Assembly (NCBI GenBank): GCA_965277805.1
Contig: OZ255842.1
Location: 5,312,001-5,376,000 of the forward strand
Source of the DNA: Candidatus Lustribacter sp.
Lineage (GTDB): Bacteria > Vulcanimicrobiota > Vulcanimicrobiia > Vulcanimicrobiales > Vulcanimicrobiaceae
Length of the DNA: 64,000 nt
Reading direction: 5' to 3'
Both the position numbers and the translations under genes were made by a program. Shown one piece after another: positions 1 to 8,508 of the stretch. Under the pieces are notes generated by a model, which did not search any database, was not told the origin of the DNA, and was given only the letters and a program-made list of their open reading frames with translations. Each line of letters starts with the position of its first letter. Within the stretch, counting starts at the first letter, position 1.

Positions 1-380
1 CGCTGCGCGTCGTTGAAGTACGCCGGCACCGTGATGACCGCTTTGGTCACGCGTTCACCGAGGTACGACGATGCGTCGTTCACCAGTTTCTGGAGAACCA
101 TCGCGCTGATCTCTTGCGGCGTGTAATCCTTACCGTCGATCTTGACGGTGAAGTCCGTGCCCATGTGCCGCTTGATCGAAGAGATCGTGCGATCCGGGTT
201 CGTGACGGCCTGGCGCTTTGCCAGTTGCCCGACGAGCCGCTCGCCGGTCTTGGTGAAAGCCACAACCGAAGGCGTCGTGCGATTGCCTTCGGCGTTGGCG
301 ATGACGGTGGGGCTCTGCCCCTCCATCACGGCGACGACGGAGTTGGTCGTGCCGAGGTCGATGCCGACCACTTTAGCCAT
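1..380 (-). CDS. dnaK: Chaperone DnaK (Hsp70), 5' part; runs off the window edge
   Basis: Manual minus-strand translation from ATG at 380 gives [21 protein letters not shown]...[14 protein letters not shown]...[13 protein letters not shown], which carries the Hsp70 signatures. Not in the ORF track because it is truncated. Confidence 0.97.
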   Translation of the reverse strand, partial: MAKVVGIDLGTTNSVVAVMEGQSPTVIANAEGNRTTPSVVAFTKTGERLVGQLAKRQAVTNPDRTISSIKRHMGTDFTVKIDGKDYTPQEISAMVLQKLVNDASSYLGERVTKAVITVPAYFNDAQ

Positions 381-512
381 GTTGAATTGTTCTCGCTTTC
401 CGAGCCGCGTGGACCATCCGTCGCAAGATTGCTCTCACTCGGGCCTTGCCGCTTATCGTGGCTCAAGGACTGTAAGTAACGCTGCCGTCTTAACGCGGCG
501 TACCGACTATGA

Positions 513-538
513 TACGCCACCGGGGCGGTTTTGTTCCA
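513..538 (-). promoter_or_regulatory. Candidate ECF-sigma promoter for dnaK
   Basis: Minus strand reads TGGAAC-N16-CGTA about 130 nt upstream of the dnaK ATG. Confidence 0.45.
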
Positions 539-594
539 CTCACTGTGACAGCTTTTCTGGCACAATGGTTTCGCCTTGGGCGTCCGGGCGGATG

Positions 595-636
595 AAAAAA
601 GGGCTCGCCCGGGATGGTATCCCCCGGGCGAGCCCT
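595..636 (-). terminator. Rho-independent terminator of htrA
   Basis: 14-bp stem AGGGCTCGCCCGGG / CCCGGGCGAGCCCT (600-613 / 623-636). The A6 tract at 595-600 is a U-tract on the minus strand. Confidence 0.85.
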
Positions 637-668
637 CGCAAACCAATGTCTGGGTTACTGTGACCGGG

Positions 669-1910
669 TTACTGGTTCTCTTGCTGTTGCTGCTGGTTGA
701 GGTAGAGGTCGGCCGGTTGCTCGCCGAGGGTCAGAATCACGAGCTTCTTGGTGCCCGCGCTCCAGACTTGGAGCTTCACCGATTGGCCTGGCTTCATGCC
801 CTTGACCACGCTGATGATGTCATCCGGCTTGGTCACGTCCTTGTCGTTGATCTTCTGGATCACGTCGCCGGGCGAGAGGTCGGACTTGGCCGCCGGGCCG
901 TTGGGCGGGATCTGGGCCACGACGACGCCGTTGCCGGCCGTGGTCGGGTAGTTGATCTGGGCGCGGACGTTGTTGTCGAGGGCCTGAAGGGCGACGCCGA
1001 GGTAACCGACGCCGGTGCCGGTGCCGTTGGCGTCGATCGTCTTGCCTTGGTTGGCAACGAGATCGGCGGCCGTGGTCCGCACGATGTTCGACGGGATTGC
1101 GAAGCCGATGCCTTGCGCTCCGGCTTGGGGGTTGGCCGTCGACTGGTTCACGCCGATGAGCCGGCCCTGGTCGTCGACCAGCGGGCCGCCCGAGTTACCC
1201 GGGTTAATCGGCGCCGAGGTCTGGAGCATGCCGCGGAAGAGGTGCGCGTTGCCCTGCTCGTCCTGGATCGGTTCGTCGCGGTTGAAGCCCGAGACGACGC
1301 CGACCGACACCGATTGCTTCAGTTCGAACGGTTCGCCGACGGCGATCGCCCACTGACCGGCGTTGAGCTTCGAACTGTCGCCGAATTCGACCGGCGGCGG
1401 GAGCTTCGCGTAGTTGTCGACCTTCACGAGCGCCAGGTCGACGCCCGGGTTCTGGGAGTAGACGTGTCCCGGCACGTGATCGCCGTTCGCGAACACGACC
1501 GTGATCTTCGAAACGCCCTTCGGCACGACGTGGTTGTTCGTGAGGATCAAACCGTCGCTGCGATAGACGAAGCCCGAGCCCGAGGCGCGCTCTTGGAAGC
1601 GCTGCTGCGTACCGCCCTGGGCGCCGCCGCCGCCGAAGAACTGCTGGAACGGATCGTTCGGCACGACGCGCGTGCCGTTGACGGTGACGAGCAGCGAAAC
1701 GACCGAGGGTTCGACGCGCTTGACGGCGTCGACGATGCGTTGCTGATCGCTACCGCCGCTAACCGGCAGCGGCGCGGCGCTGACGACCGGTGGGGTGTTG
1801 CCGGGTCCGGCGACGTTCGTGAAGTGGGTACTCGCGAAGAGCATCATCGAGAAACTCCCGAGGATTGCTCCGATGAGTCCAACTACCGCCGTCCCGAAGA
1901 ATCTCTTCAT
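669..1910 (-). CDS. htrA: HtrA/DegP-family serine protease with one PDZ domain
   Basis: N-terminal TM segment, SGSGF...TNNHVV, DLALVKV, TSAPINPGNSGGPL catalytic motifs, and a C-terminal PDZ (GYLGV...GDVIQKIN). Confidence 0.95.
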   Translation of the reverse strand: MKRFFGTAVVGLIGAILGSFSMMLFASTHFTNVAGPGNTPPVVSAAPLPVSGGSDQQRIVDAVKRVEPSVVSLLVTVNGTRVVPNDPFQQFFGGGGAQGGTQQRFQERASGSGFVYRSDGLILTNNHVVPKGVSKITVVFANGDHVPGHVYSQNPGVDLALVKVDNYAKLPPPVEFGDSSKLNAGQWAIAVGEPFELKQSVSVGVVSGFNRDEPIQDEQGNAHLFRGMLQTSAPINPGNSGGPLVDDQGRLIGVNQSTANPQAGAQGIGFAIPSNIVRTTAADLVANQGKTIDANGTGTGVGYLGVALQALDNNVRAQINYPTTAGNGVVVAQIPPNGPAAKSDLSPGDVIQKINDKDVTKPDDIISVVKGMKPGQSVKLQVWSAGTKKLVILTLGEQPADLYLNQQQQQENQ

Positions 1911-1972
1911 TGGGGCTGTCTCCTGTTTCGTTACGCCAGGGCGTCTGGTTGGGATTTCGTTGCGCTACTACT

Positions 1973-1999
1973 AACGATAAAGCCCCGGTGTGTCGTTCC
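1973..1999 (-). promoter_or_regulatory. Candidate ECF-sigma promoter for htrA
   Basis: Minus strand reads GGAAC-N18-CGTT upstream of the htrA RBS (AGGAG). Confidence 0.4.
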
Positions 2000-2013
2000 G
2001 TCCGGAGGAAGAT

Positions 2014-2340
2014 TTATCGACCAGCACCCCGATTGCCCGCTTGTACCGGAGGGGGCGAGAAGAGGCTGTCTAGGGCTAGTTTACCCTCAATCACGGCTTG
2101 CACGCGCTCCAGCTCCGCTTTTCGCAGTTCCAGCAGCTGCAGGCGCAAGAACGTCCGGACGAGCCGCCGGGCGTGCGGAGAATAGAGCTCGCGCGCCGTA
2201 CCGGGGCTCAGAACCGGCGGCGCAACGATTGCCCTGTGTACGGTGGTTGCGCTGGATGTCGCGCTTGGTGCAGCCCACGCCGGCCCGGAACCCAGGGCCA
2301 GGCTCAGGACCACGGCGGCGCCGCGCGATCGAAACGTCAT
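2014..2340 (-). CDS. Hypothetical secreted protein (108 aa)
   Basis: Fills the gap between htrA and the likely rnj start. Signal-peptide-like N-terminus (MTFRSR-hydrophobic-AWA|AP) and an amphipathic helix. Confidence 0.45.
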   Translation of the reverse strand: MTFRSRGAAVVLSLALGSGPAWAAPSATSSATTVHRAIVAPPVLSPGTARELYSPHARRLVRTFLRLQLLELRKAELERVQAVIEGKLALDSLFSPPPVQAGNRGAGR

Positions 2341-2389
2341 ACCGGGGCTTCACGCCCGCCCCACCTTTCAGCAAGGACTCTCCGCGAAT

Positions 2390-4096
2390 TTGAACGGTCA
2401 ACCCTACGCCGACACGCTCGTCGTCCCGCCGCCGCCGGACGAACCGTACGTGCGCGTAATCCCACTCGGCGGATGCGGCGAAATCGGCCGCAACATGACC
2501 CTGTTCGAAACGAAGGACGACATCGTCGCCGTCGATTGCGGACTGATGTTCCCCGATGAAGAGATGTACGGCGTCGACATCGTCATCAACGATTTCAGCT
2601 ATTTGCGCGACCGGCGCGACAAGCTGCGCGCGCTGCTCGTCACCCACGGTCACGAAGATCACATCGGCGGTATTCCGTACTTCTTGCGCGAATTTCCGAA
2701 ATGTCCGATCGTCGGCACGCCGCTGACGCTGGCGCTGATCAAGGCCAAGCTCAAGGAACATAAACCGAGCGATCTCGACCTGGTCAAGGTCGAGCCCGGC
2801 GATAAAGTCACCTATGGCGCGTTCACGGCCGAGTTCATCCATATCAATCACTCGCTGGCCGGCGCTTGCGCGATCGCGATCCGCACGCCCCTCGGCGCGT
2901 TCTTTCACACCGGCGATTTCAAGTTCGATCAGACGCCGATCGACGGCGACCCGGCCGACTTCGCCGCGATCGCGCGCGTCGGTGATGCGGGCGTGCTGTG
3001 CATGCTCGCCGATTCGACCAACGCCGAACGGCCCGGGCACACGCTCTCGGAACGTATCGTCGGCGAAGCGTTCTCGAACATCTTCGCCCGCGCGGCGGGA
3101 CGCATCATCGTCACGTCGTTTGCCTCGAACGTGCCGCGCATCCAGCAAGTCGTCGACCAGTGCAAACGCTTCAACCGGCGGCTGGCCTTTCTCGGCCGTT
3201 CGCTGACGAACGTGGTGCAGTACGCGAGCGAACTCAAGTACCTCGACATTCCCGACGGCTTGGTGATCAAGCTCAGCGACGTCGAGTCGTATCCGCCCGA
3301 ACAGGTCGTCGTGATGACGACGGGCTCGCAAGGCGAGCCGATGTCGGCGCTCACGCGGCTCTCGGTGCGCGATCACAAGCTGCTGCGCATCATTCCGGGC
3401 GACACCGTCGTGATCAGCGCAACGCCGATTCCCGGTAACGAGAAGAGCGTCGGCAAGACGATCAACAACCTCTACCGACTCGGCGCGAAAGTGATCCACG
3501 GCTCGAGCGGCAACGCGCACGTGTCGGGACATGCCTCGCAAGAAGAGCTCTTTTTGATGCTCAATCTCGTGCGGCCGAAGCACTTCATTCCCGTGCACGG
3601 TGAATACCGGATGCTCGTGACGCATGCGGGGCTGGCCGAGAAGACCGGCGTCGCCGCCGAGAACACGCACGTCATCGAGGACGGCGACGTCCTCGAATTC
3701 ACGGCCGGCGGCTGCGCGCAAGTCGGCCGCACATACGGCGGCAACGTGATGGTCGACGGCTCGGGTGTCGGCGACGTCGGCGAGGCCGTGCTGCGCGACC
3801 GCAAGCATCTCTCGGCCGACGGTATCATCATGGTCGTCGTCACGGTCGACTCCGAAGAAGCGCGCATCGTCGCAGGGCCCGACCTGATCTCGCGCGGCGT
3901 ATTCTATCTGCCCGAATCGGGCGGCGTGCTGGACGAGCTGAAGGCCACGCTCAACACGATCCTGGCAGGCTGCTCGGCGGAGGGCTTGCGCGACGTCGGC
4001 AACGTGAAAGAACACATCCGCGCCGGCCTCTCCAAAGCCGTCTTCGCCCGCAGCAAACGCCGCCCCATCGTGATCCCCGTCGTCATGGAAGTCTAG
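2390..4096 (+). CDS. rnj: Ribonuclease J
   Basis: IPLGGCGEIGRNM, THGHEDHIGG, HTGDFKFD, GSQGEPMS, HVSGHAS and PVHGEYR motifs. Start moved to the in-frame TTG at 2390 (the track starts at 2243). Confidence 0.95.
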   Translation: MNGQPYADTLVVPPPPDEPYVRVIPLGGCGEIGRNMTLFETKDDIVAVDCGLMFPDEEMYGVDIVINDFSYLRDRRDKLRALLVTHGHEDHIGGIPYFLREFPKCPIVGTPLTLALIKAKLKEHKPSDLDLVKVEPGDKVTYGAFTAEFIHINHSLAGACAIAIRTPLGAFFHTGDFKFDQTPIDGDPADFAAIARVGDAGVLCMLADSTNAERPGHTLSERIVGEAFSNIFARAAGRIIVTSFASNVPRIQQVVDQCKRFNRRLAFLGRSLTNVVQYASELKYLDIPDGLVIKLSDVESYPPEQVVVMTTGSQGEPMSALTRLSVRDHKLLRIIPGDTVVISATPIPGNEKSVGKTINNLYRLGAKVIHGSSGNAHVSGHASQEELFLMLNLVRPKHFIPVHGEYRMLVTHAGLAEKTGVAAENTHVIEDGDVLEFTAGGCAQVGRTYGGNVMVDGSGVGDVGEAVLRDRKHLSADGIIMVVVTVDSEEARIVAGPDLISRGVFYLPESGGVLDELKATLNTILAGCSAEGLRDVGNVKEHIRAGLSKAVFARSKRRPIVIPVVMEV

Positions 4097-4100
4097 TGTC

Positions 4101-4125
4101 GTCCCTAGACAAGCTCGGGATGACA
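4101..4125. repeat. Solo arm of REP-like palindromic family
   Basis: GTCCCTAGACAAGCTCGGGATGACA, differing at one position from 53359-53383 and sharing ends with the full elements at 7302 and 51931. Confidence 0.8.
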
Positions 4126-4154
4126 TAAAGGCAACCGGGACGTAGAAATCGCCG

Positions 4155-4481
4155 ATGAAGAGTCGGCGGTCGTTTTTAGCTTCCGTGGCGTCGGGTGGCA
4201 TTGGGATTGCGCTGGCGAAGGCGGATCCGGCAGTTGCGCAATCGGCGACGCCCTCCCCGGCTCCCTCGGCATCGGGTAAACCCGCGAGTGCGGCCGCGGT
4301 GGCGTTTGCGTTGACGATGCGGCGCTTCGATCCGGCACTCTCCGATAACGACGTGCAGACGATTGCGAAGGCGATCGATGCGAACAACGATGCGGCGCGC
4401 ACGCTGAATCCGAAGAACAAACGGCTGAAGAACGTCGATGCGCCGATCGTGCGCTTCGCCGTCGCCGGCGGTGAGGCGTGA
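4155..4481 (+). CDS. Small Tat-signal protein coupled to an amidase (possible GatC/AtzG-like partner)
   Basis: MKSRRSFLAS twin-arginine motif and Pro/Ala linker. The stop overlaps the amidase start (GTGA). Confidence 0.75.
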   Translation: MKSRRSFLASVASGGIGIALAKADPAVAQSATPSPAPSASGKPASAAAVAFALTMRRFDPALSDNDVQTIAKAIDANNDAARTLNPKNKRLKNVDAPIVRFAVAGGEA

Positions 4482-5884
4482 ACGCTGACGACGTCGCGTA
4501 TTCCGACATCGTCGACTTGCAGCGGCTGCTCACCGCCAAAACGATCTCGTCGGTCGAACTGACGCAGCTCTACCTCGACCGCCTCGAAAAATACGGCCCC
4601 GTGTACAACGCCGTTATCACGGTATTGCACGAACGCGCGCTGCGCGAAGCGCGGCGCGCCGACCGCGAACGCGCCGCCGGCCGCGTGCGCGGCCCGCTGC
4701 ACGGCATCCCGTACGGCGTGAAAGATCTGCTCGCGACGCCCGATGCGCCGACGACCTGGGGCGCGCAGCCGTATCGCCGGCAGCGCTTCGATTACGATGC
4801 GACGGTCGTGACAAAGCTTACCGATGCGGGTGCGGTGCTACTCGCGAAGCTCGCGATGATCGAACTCGCGGGCGGCTTCGGCTACAACGACGCCGACGCG
4901 TCGTTCACCGGCCCCGCGCGCACGCCGTGGAATCCGGCATTTTGGGCCGGCGGTTCGTCGAGTGGTTCGGGCATCGCGGTCGCCGCGGGTTTGGTCGGTT
5001 TTGCGATCGGTTCGGAAACCGCGGGCTCGATCGTGTTTCCGTCGATGGCGAACGGCGTCACGGGTTTGCGGCCGACCTTCGGACGCGTGAGCCGGCACGG
5101 CGCGATGGCGCTGTGCTGGACGCTCGACAAACTCGGTCCGCTCGGCCGCAGCGCCCGCGACGGCGAGATCGTGTTACGCGCGATCGCCGGGGCGGACGAC
5201 AACGATCCGACGGCCGTCGACCGCAGCTTTCCCGCGCCGCGCCGCCGGCCGCGCATCGCGGTGTTGAAGAACGCGACGAAAGGCTGCATGCCGGCGGTCG
5301 CGCGCAATTTTCGCGCCACGCTGGCGCAGCTTGCGACGTTCTGCGATCTCGTGCAGAACGTCGCGCTGCCCGATCTGCCCTACGGCGCCGCGGTCGGCAC
5401 GATCGTCAACGCCGAAGGCGCGGCCGCGTTTCGCGATCTGATCGAATCCGGCAAGTCGCGCACGCTGCGGCAAAAGGACGACCGCTACGGCGGTTACGTC
5501 GCATACGCGACGCCGGCCGTCGATTACATCGACGCCCAACGGCAACGCACGCTGATGGTGCACGCGCTGCACGAGGCGTTCGGGGCCTACGACGCGGTCG
5601 CCGGACCGACGACGCCGACGATTACGTACCCGATCGGTAAGCCGTTCGACAAAACGTATACGGAGTACAGCGGCGCCCCCGACCTGATCGCGCCCGGAAA
5701 TTTGGCCGGCCTGCCGGCACTCGCGATGCCCAACGGGTTCGGCGATCACGGTTTGCCGACGAGCATCACGCTGCAGGGTACCGCCTTCAACGAGACGCGC
5801 TTGACCGCAATCGGTAAGCGGTACCAGATGCTGACCGATTTCCATCGCCGCCGTCCGCCGCTGGTCACCAAGCTGCGCGCGTGA
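4478..5884 (+). CDS. Amidase signature family enzyme (GatA-like)
   Basis: GPLHGIPYGVKD, GGSSSGS and GSETAGSI (Lys-Ser-Ser triad), plus GLRPTFGRVS. Confidence 0.93.
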   Translation: MNADDVAYSDIVDLQRLLTAKTISSVELTQLYLDRLEKYGPVYNAVITVLHERALREARRADRERAAGRVRGPLHGIPYGVKDLLATPDAPTTWGAQPYRRQRFDYDATVVTKLTDAGAVLLAKLAMIELAGGFGYNDADASFTGPARTPWNPAFWAGGSSSGSGIAVAAGLVGFAIGSETAGSIVFPSMANGVTGLRPTFGRVSRHGAMALCWTLDKLGPLGRSARDGEIVLRAIAGADDNDPTAVDRSFPAPRRRPRIAVLKNATKGCMPAVARNFRATLAQLATFCDLVQNVALPDLPYGAAVGTIVNAEGAAAFRDLIESGKSRTLRQKDDRYGGYVAYATPAVDYIDAQRQRTLMVHALHEAFGAYDAVAGPTTPTITYPIGKPFDKTYTEYSGAPDLIAPGNLAGLPALAMPNGFGDHGLPTSITLQGTAFNETRLTAIGKRYQMLTDFHRRRPPLVTKLRA

Positions 5885-7326
5885 TCGCCGCAGCCGCGAT
5901 TCTCGTTGCGTTGACGGTGCTGCGCGCGTACGCCGCGTTCAATGTACCGCTGACCGCGGATGAGGCGTACTACTGGACATGGAGCCTGCACCCGGCGTAC
6001 GGCTACACCGATCATCCGCCGATGGTCGCGTGGCTGATTTGGCTCGGCACGTTGTTCGGGCAAGGGCCGGGATTCGTGCGCTTGCCGTTCGTGTTATGCG
6101 AAGCGGTTGCGGCTGCGGCCGTGGGACGCGCGGCGCTGCTTATAACGAACAGCACGCGGGCCGGCGCGATCGCGCTGCTGCTGTTCGCGCTGATTCCGCA
6201 AACGAAGTTGTCGCTCGGCGAAGCATTGCCCGATGGCGCGTACATGGCGGCGTGGGCGCTCGCGCTGTGGGGCGCGGTTGCGCTCGACCGCCGGCCGTCG
6301 CTGCGCAACGCCGTGGGGTTGGGACTCGCGCTCGCCGCTGCCGTGCTCTCGCGCACGTTCGGCTGGGCGCTCGTCGTGGGTGTGGTCGCGTGGTCGTTCG
6401 AACCGTCGCGGCGCGCGCGCCTGTGGCCGCTGCTGACCTGTAGCGCAGCGATCGTCGCGGCGTTCTACGCGCCGTTCATCGGCTGGAACGCCGCGCACAA
6501 CTGGGAGAACTTCGCGTTCAGCTTCCAGACGCGCCAGCACTTCGGTCTCGCCGCAACGCATCTGGTCGATGTCTCGACCGTGCGTTTCGTAATCTACGCG
6601 GCGTTGCTGGCCGGGCTGACGTGGTGGATTGCATTGCGCCGCGAACCGCGCGTCACGCTCGTCGCCTGGACCGCGCTTCCGCTGCCCGCCGCGCTGCTCG
6701 CGCTCTCGTTCGTGACGACGACCGAATCGTATTGGATCATCGGCCCCGCCGCCTCGCTCGCGCTCGGCGCCGGTATCGCACTCGACAAAGCAGCCGCCGT
6801 CTGGCGACGCTCGATCTTGGCAGTTCTCGGCATCGGCACAGCCTACACCACGGCAGCCGCGCTGTTTCTCACGTTGCCGGAAGCAGCCCAAGCCGCGGCG
6901 TTTACCGCGATGCCGTCGTTGCGCGCCCCGTTCGCATCGGGCGTCTACGCCTTCGCCCCACTCGCCGATCGCCTGCGCACGCTCGCCGCAGCAGACAACA
7001 ACGCCGTCATCCTCACCGATCGCTACGAAACCTCAGCCGAACTCCTCCGCTACGGCTTCGACTCCCGCCTCGCCCGCGCTTTGCCGCAACAAGCACAATG
7101 GGAACGCTGGCACGCCGGCGAGCGACCCATACAACACGCCCTCATGGTAACCTACGCTGCGCCGCTGAGCGCCGATCCCGAACTCGATCAGCAGATCCAC
7201 GCCGCATTCGCACGCGTTACACCGCTACCGGACATCACCCTAGCGCATGCGGGAGTTCCCGAAGACACCTATTACGTGATGCAACTCGACGACCCACGCA
7301 TTGTCATCCCGAGCAAAGCGCCGTAG
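5881..7326 (+). CDS. GT39/ArnT-PMT-like membrane glycosyltransferase
   Basis: DEAYYWTWS...GYTDHPPM motif and many TM helices. The last codons and the stop lie inside a repeat element. Confidence 0.88.
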   Translation: MIAAAAILVALTVLRAYAAFNVPLTADEAYYWTWSLHPAYGYTDHPPMVAWLIWLGTLFGQGPGFVRLPFVLCEAVAAAAVGRAALLITNSTRAGAIALLLFALIPQTKLSLGEALPDGAYMAAWALALWGAVALDRRPSLRNAVGLGLALAAAVLSRTFGWALVVGVVAWSFEPSRRARLWPLLTCSAAIVAAFYAPFIGWNAAHNWENFAFSFQTRQHFGLAATHLVDVSTVRFVIYAALLAGLTWWIALRREPRVTLVAWTALPLPAALLALSFVTTTESYWIIGPAASLALGAGIALDKAAAVWRRSILAVLGIGTAYTTAAALFLTLPEAAQAAAFTAMPSLRAPFASGVYAFAPLADRLRTLAAADNNAVILTDRYETSAELLRYGFDSRLARALPQQAQWERWHAGERPIQHALMVTYAAPLSADPELDQQIHAAFARVTPLPDITLAHAGVPEDTYYVMQLDDPRIVIPSKAP

Positions 7327-7454
7327 GCGCGGCGACGAGGGACCGCCACGATCTTTGCTACTGAGTGCGATGCGCGAAGGCGGTCGGACTCCGAATACCA
7401 AGATGCTCTCGGGTTCCTCGTTTACGTGCCTTCGGCACTTCGCTCGGAATGACA
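7302..7454. repeat. Full REPIN/MITE-like palindromic element (two inverted ~43-bp arms plus unique spacer)
   Basis: Left arm TGTCATCCCGAGCAAAGCGCCGTAGGCGCGGCGACGAGGGACC; right arm GGTTCCTCGTTTACGTGCCTTCGGCACTTCGCTCGGAATGACA. Lies between convergent genes. Confidence 0.85.
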
Positions 7455-7463
7455 GGAAGAAGA

Positions 7464-7868
7464 CTATGGTTCGTTCGTGAGGGCGGCGATGCCGGCTGAG
7501 GCTAGTTCTTCGTCGCGGTTTTTGGCGTTGCCGGTTACGCCGATGGCGGCGACGGTTCGGCCTGATGTGTCGCGTACGGGGACGCCGCCGGGGAGTGCGC
7601 AGAGCATGGGGTCGCCGTAGTAGGCGATTTGCCGGTGCGCCGTGTCCAGTTCTTCGTGGAAAGCGCTGGTGTTGCGGTCCATGATTGCGGCGGTGTAGGC
7701 TTTGCGCTGCGTCATCCGCATCGAGCGCGGACGGCAGCCGTCCATGCGCTGCGCGGCGATGAGGTCGCCATGATCGTCGACGATCGCGACCGCAACGGTG
7801 AAGCCGGCGGCTTCTGCGGCAGCAACCACCGCATCAATCGCCGCTCGGGCACTAGCAACGGAAATCAT
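7464..7868 (-). CDS. GlcG/HbpS-family heme-binding protein
   Basis: VAVAIVDDHG...RMDG...KAYTA...GGVPV...AIGVTG pattern. Confidence 0.88.
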   Translation of the reverse strand: MISVASARAAIDAVVAAAEAAGFTVAVAIVDDHGDLIAAQRMDGCRPRSMRMTQRKAYTAAIMDRNTSAFHEELDTAHRQIAYYGDPMLCALPGGVPVRDTSGRTVAAIGVTGNAKNRDEELASAGIAALTNEP

Positions 7869-7884
7869 CTAGCGATTCTCCCGG

Positions 7885-8508
7885 TCATCGTACGGTTCTC
7901 CCCAAGCGTGGAATGCCTCCGGCGATTGCGGCGGCGATGCCGAGCATCGTGATGCCGAACAATACGCCGCCGGTCAGGTCGGTGACGAAGTGGGCGCCGA
8001 GCGCGAGGCGCGACCAGATGATGCCGATCGCCCACAGCGCGAGCACCGCGGATAGTGCGCGCCGCAGCGGCAACGGCATGTCGCTGGTCGCGGCGTAGTA
8101 ACTCCACAAGCCGTAGACGACGATCGCGAACATCGCGTGGCCGCTCGGATACGACCACGTCGTTTCGTGAATGATGTGCCAGTAGTCCGGGCGCGTGCGC
8201 ATGAAGAGGTTCTTCACCGCGTCGCTGGCTTGCCACGCGACGAGCGTCGTCGCAATGGAAAATATTACGCGCGCGCGCCAAGCCGGGCGAAGCACGGCCA
8301 GCACGATCCCCGCGATGCCCAACGCAACGAGCACGTACCACCAGCACGATGCGGTGAACACGAGCGCGACGTGCGTCCAATGCCCGGCGAGCGCGCGTCC
8401 GGCGACGTCGATGCCCTCGGGCGGCTTTTCCGAGACGGTGCTGCCGAGCAGTCCGCAGCCGAGCGCGGCGATGAGCGCAACGATCGCGGCGCCGAGCCGC
8501 GCGGTCAC
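7885..8508 (-). CDS. PAP2-family phosphatase (undecaprenyl-PP phosphatase-like)
   Basis: KNLFMRTRP, YPSGHA and SRLALGAHFVTD, the three PAP2 motifs. Confidence 0.92.
   Translation of the reverse strand: MTARLGAAIVALIAALGCGLLGSTVSEKPPEGIDVAGRALAGHWTHVALVFTASCWWYVLVALGIAGIVLAVLRPAWRARVIFSIATTLVAWQASDAVKNLFMRTRPDYWHIIHETTWSYPSGHAMFAIVVYGLWSYYAATSDMPLPLRRALSAVLALWAIGIIWSRLALGAHFVTDLTGGVLFGITMLGIAAAIAGGIPRLGRTVR

Noticed and set aside
420-470. Possible CIRCE or HAIR operator upstream of dnaK (CTTG...GCTCAAG)
   Set aside because: Only one HAIR-like half-site is present and the spacing is 2 nt too long. There is no TTAGCACTC-N9-GAGTGCTAA.
576-4702. Long ORFs 576-2393(+) and 2087-4702(-), and similar ones such as 24891-27359(-) and 46971-48956(-)
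   Set aside because: These are antisense shadows of well-supported genes, expected in high-GC DNA, and carry no recognisable motifs.
4478-5884. gatA of the GatCAB amidotransferase
   Set aside because: No adjacent gatB, no GSDTGGSIRQP motif, and the upstream partner carries a Tat signal.
7302-7454. Repeat-spacer-repeat layout as a mini-CRISPR
   Set aside because: The repeats are inverted rather than direct, the spacers are long and unequal, and there are no cas genes.
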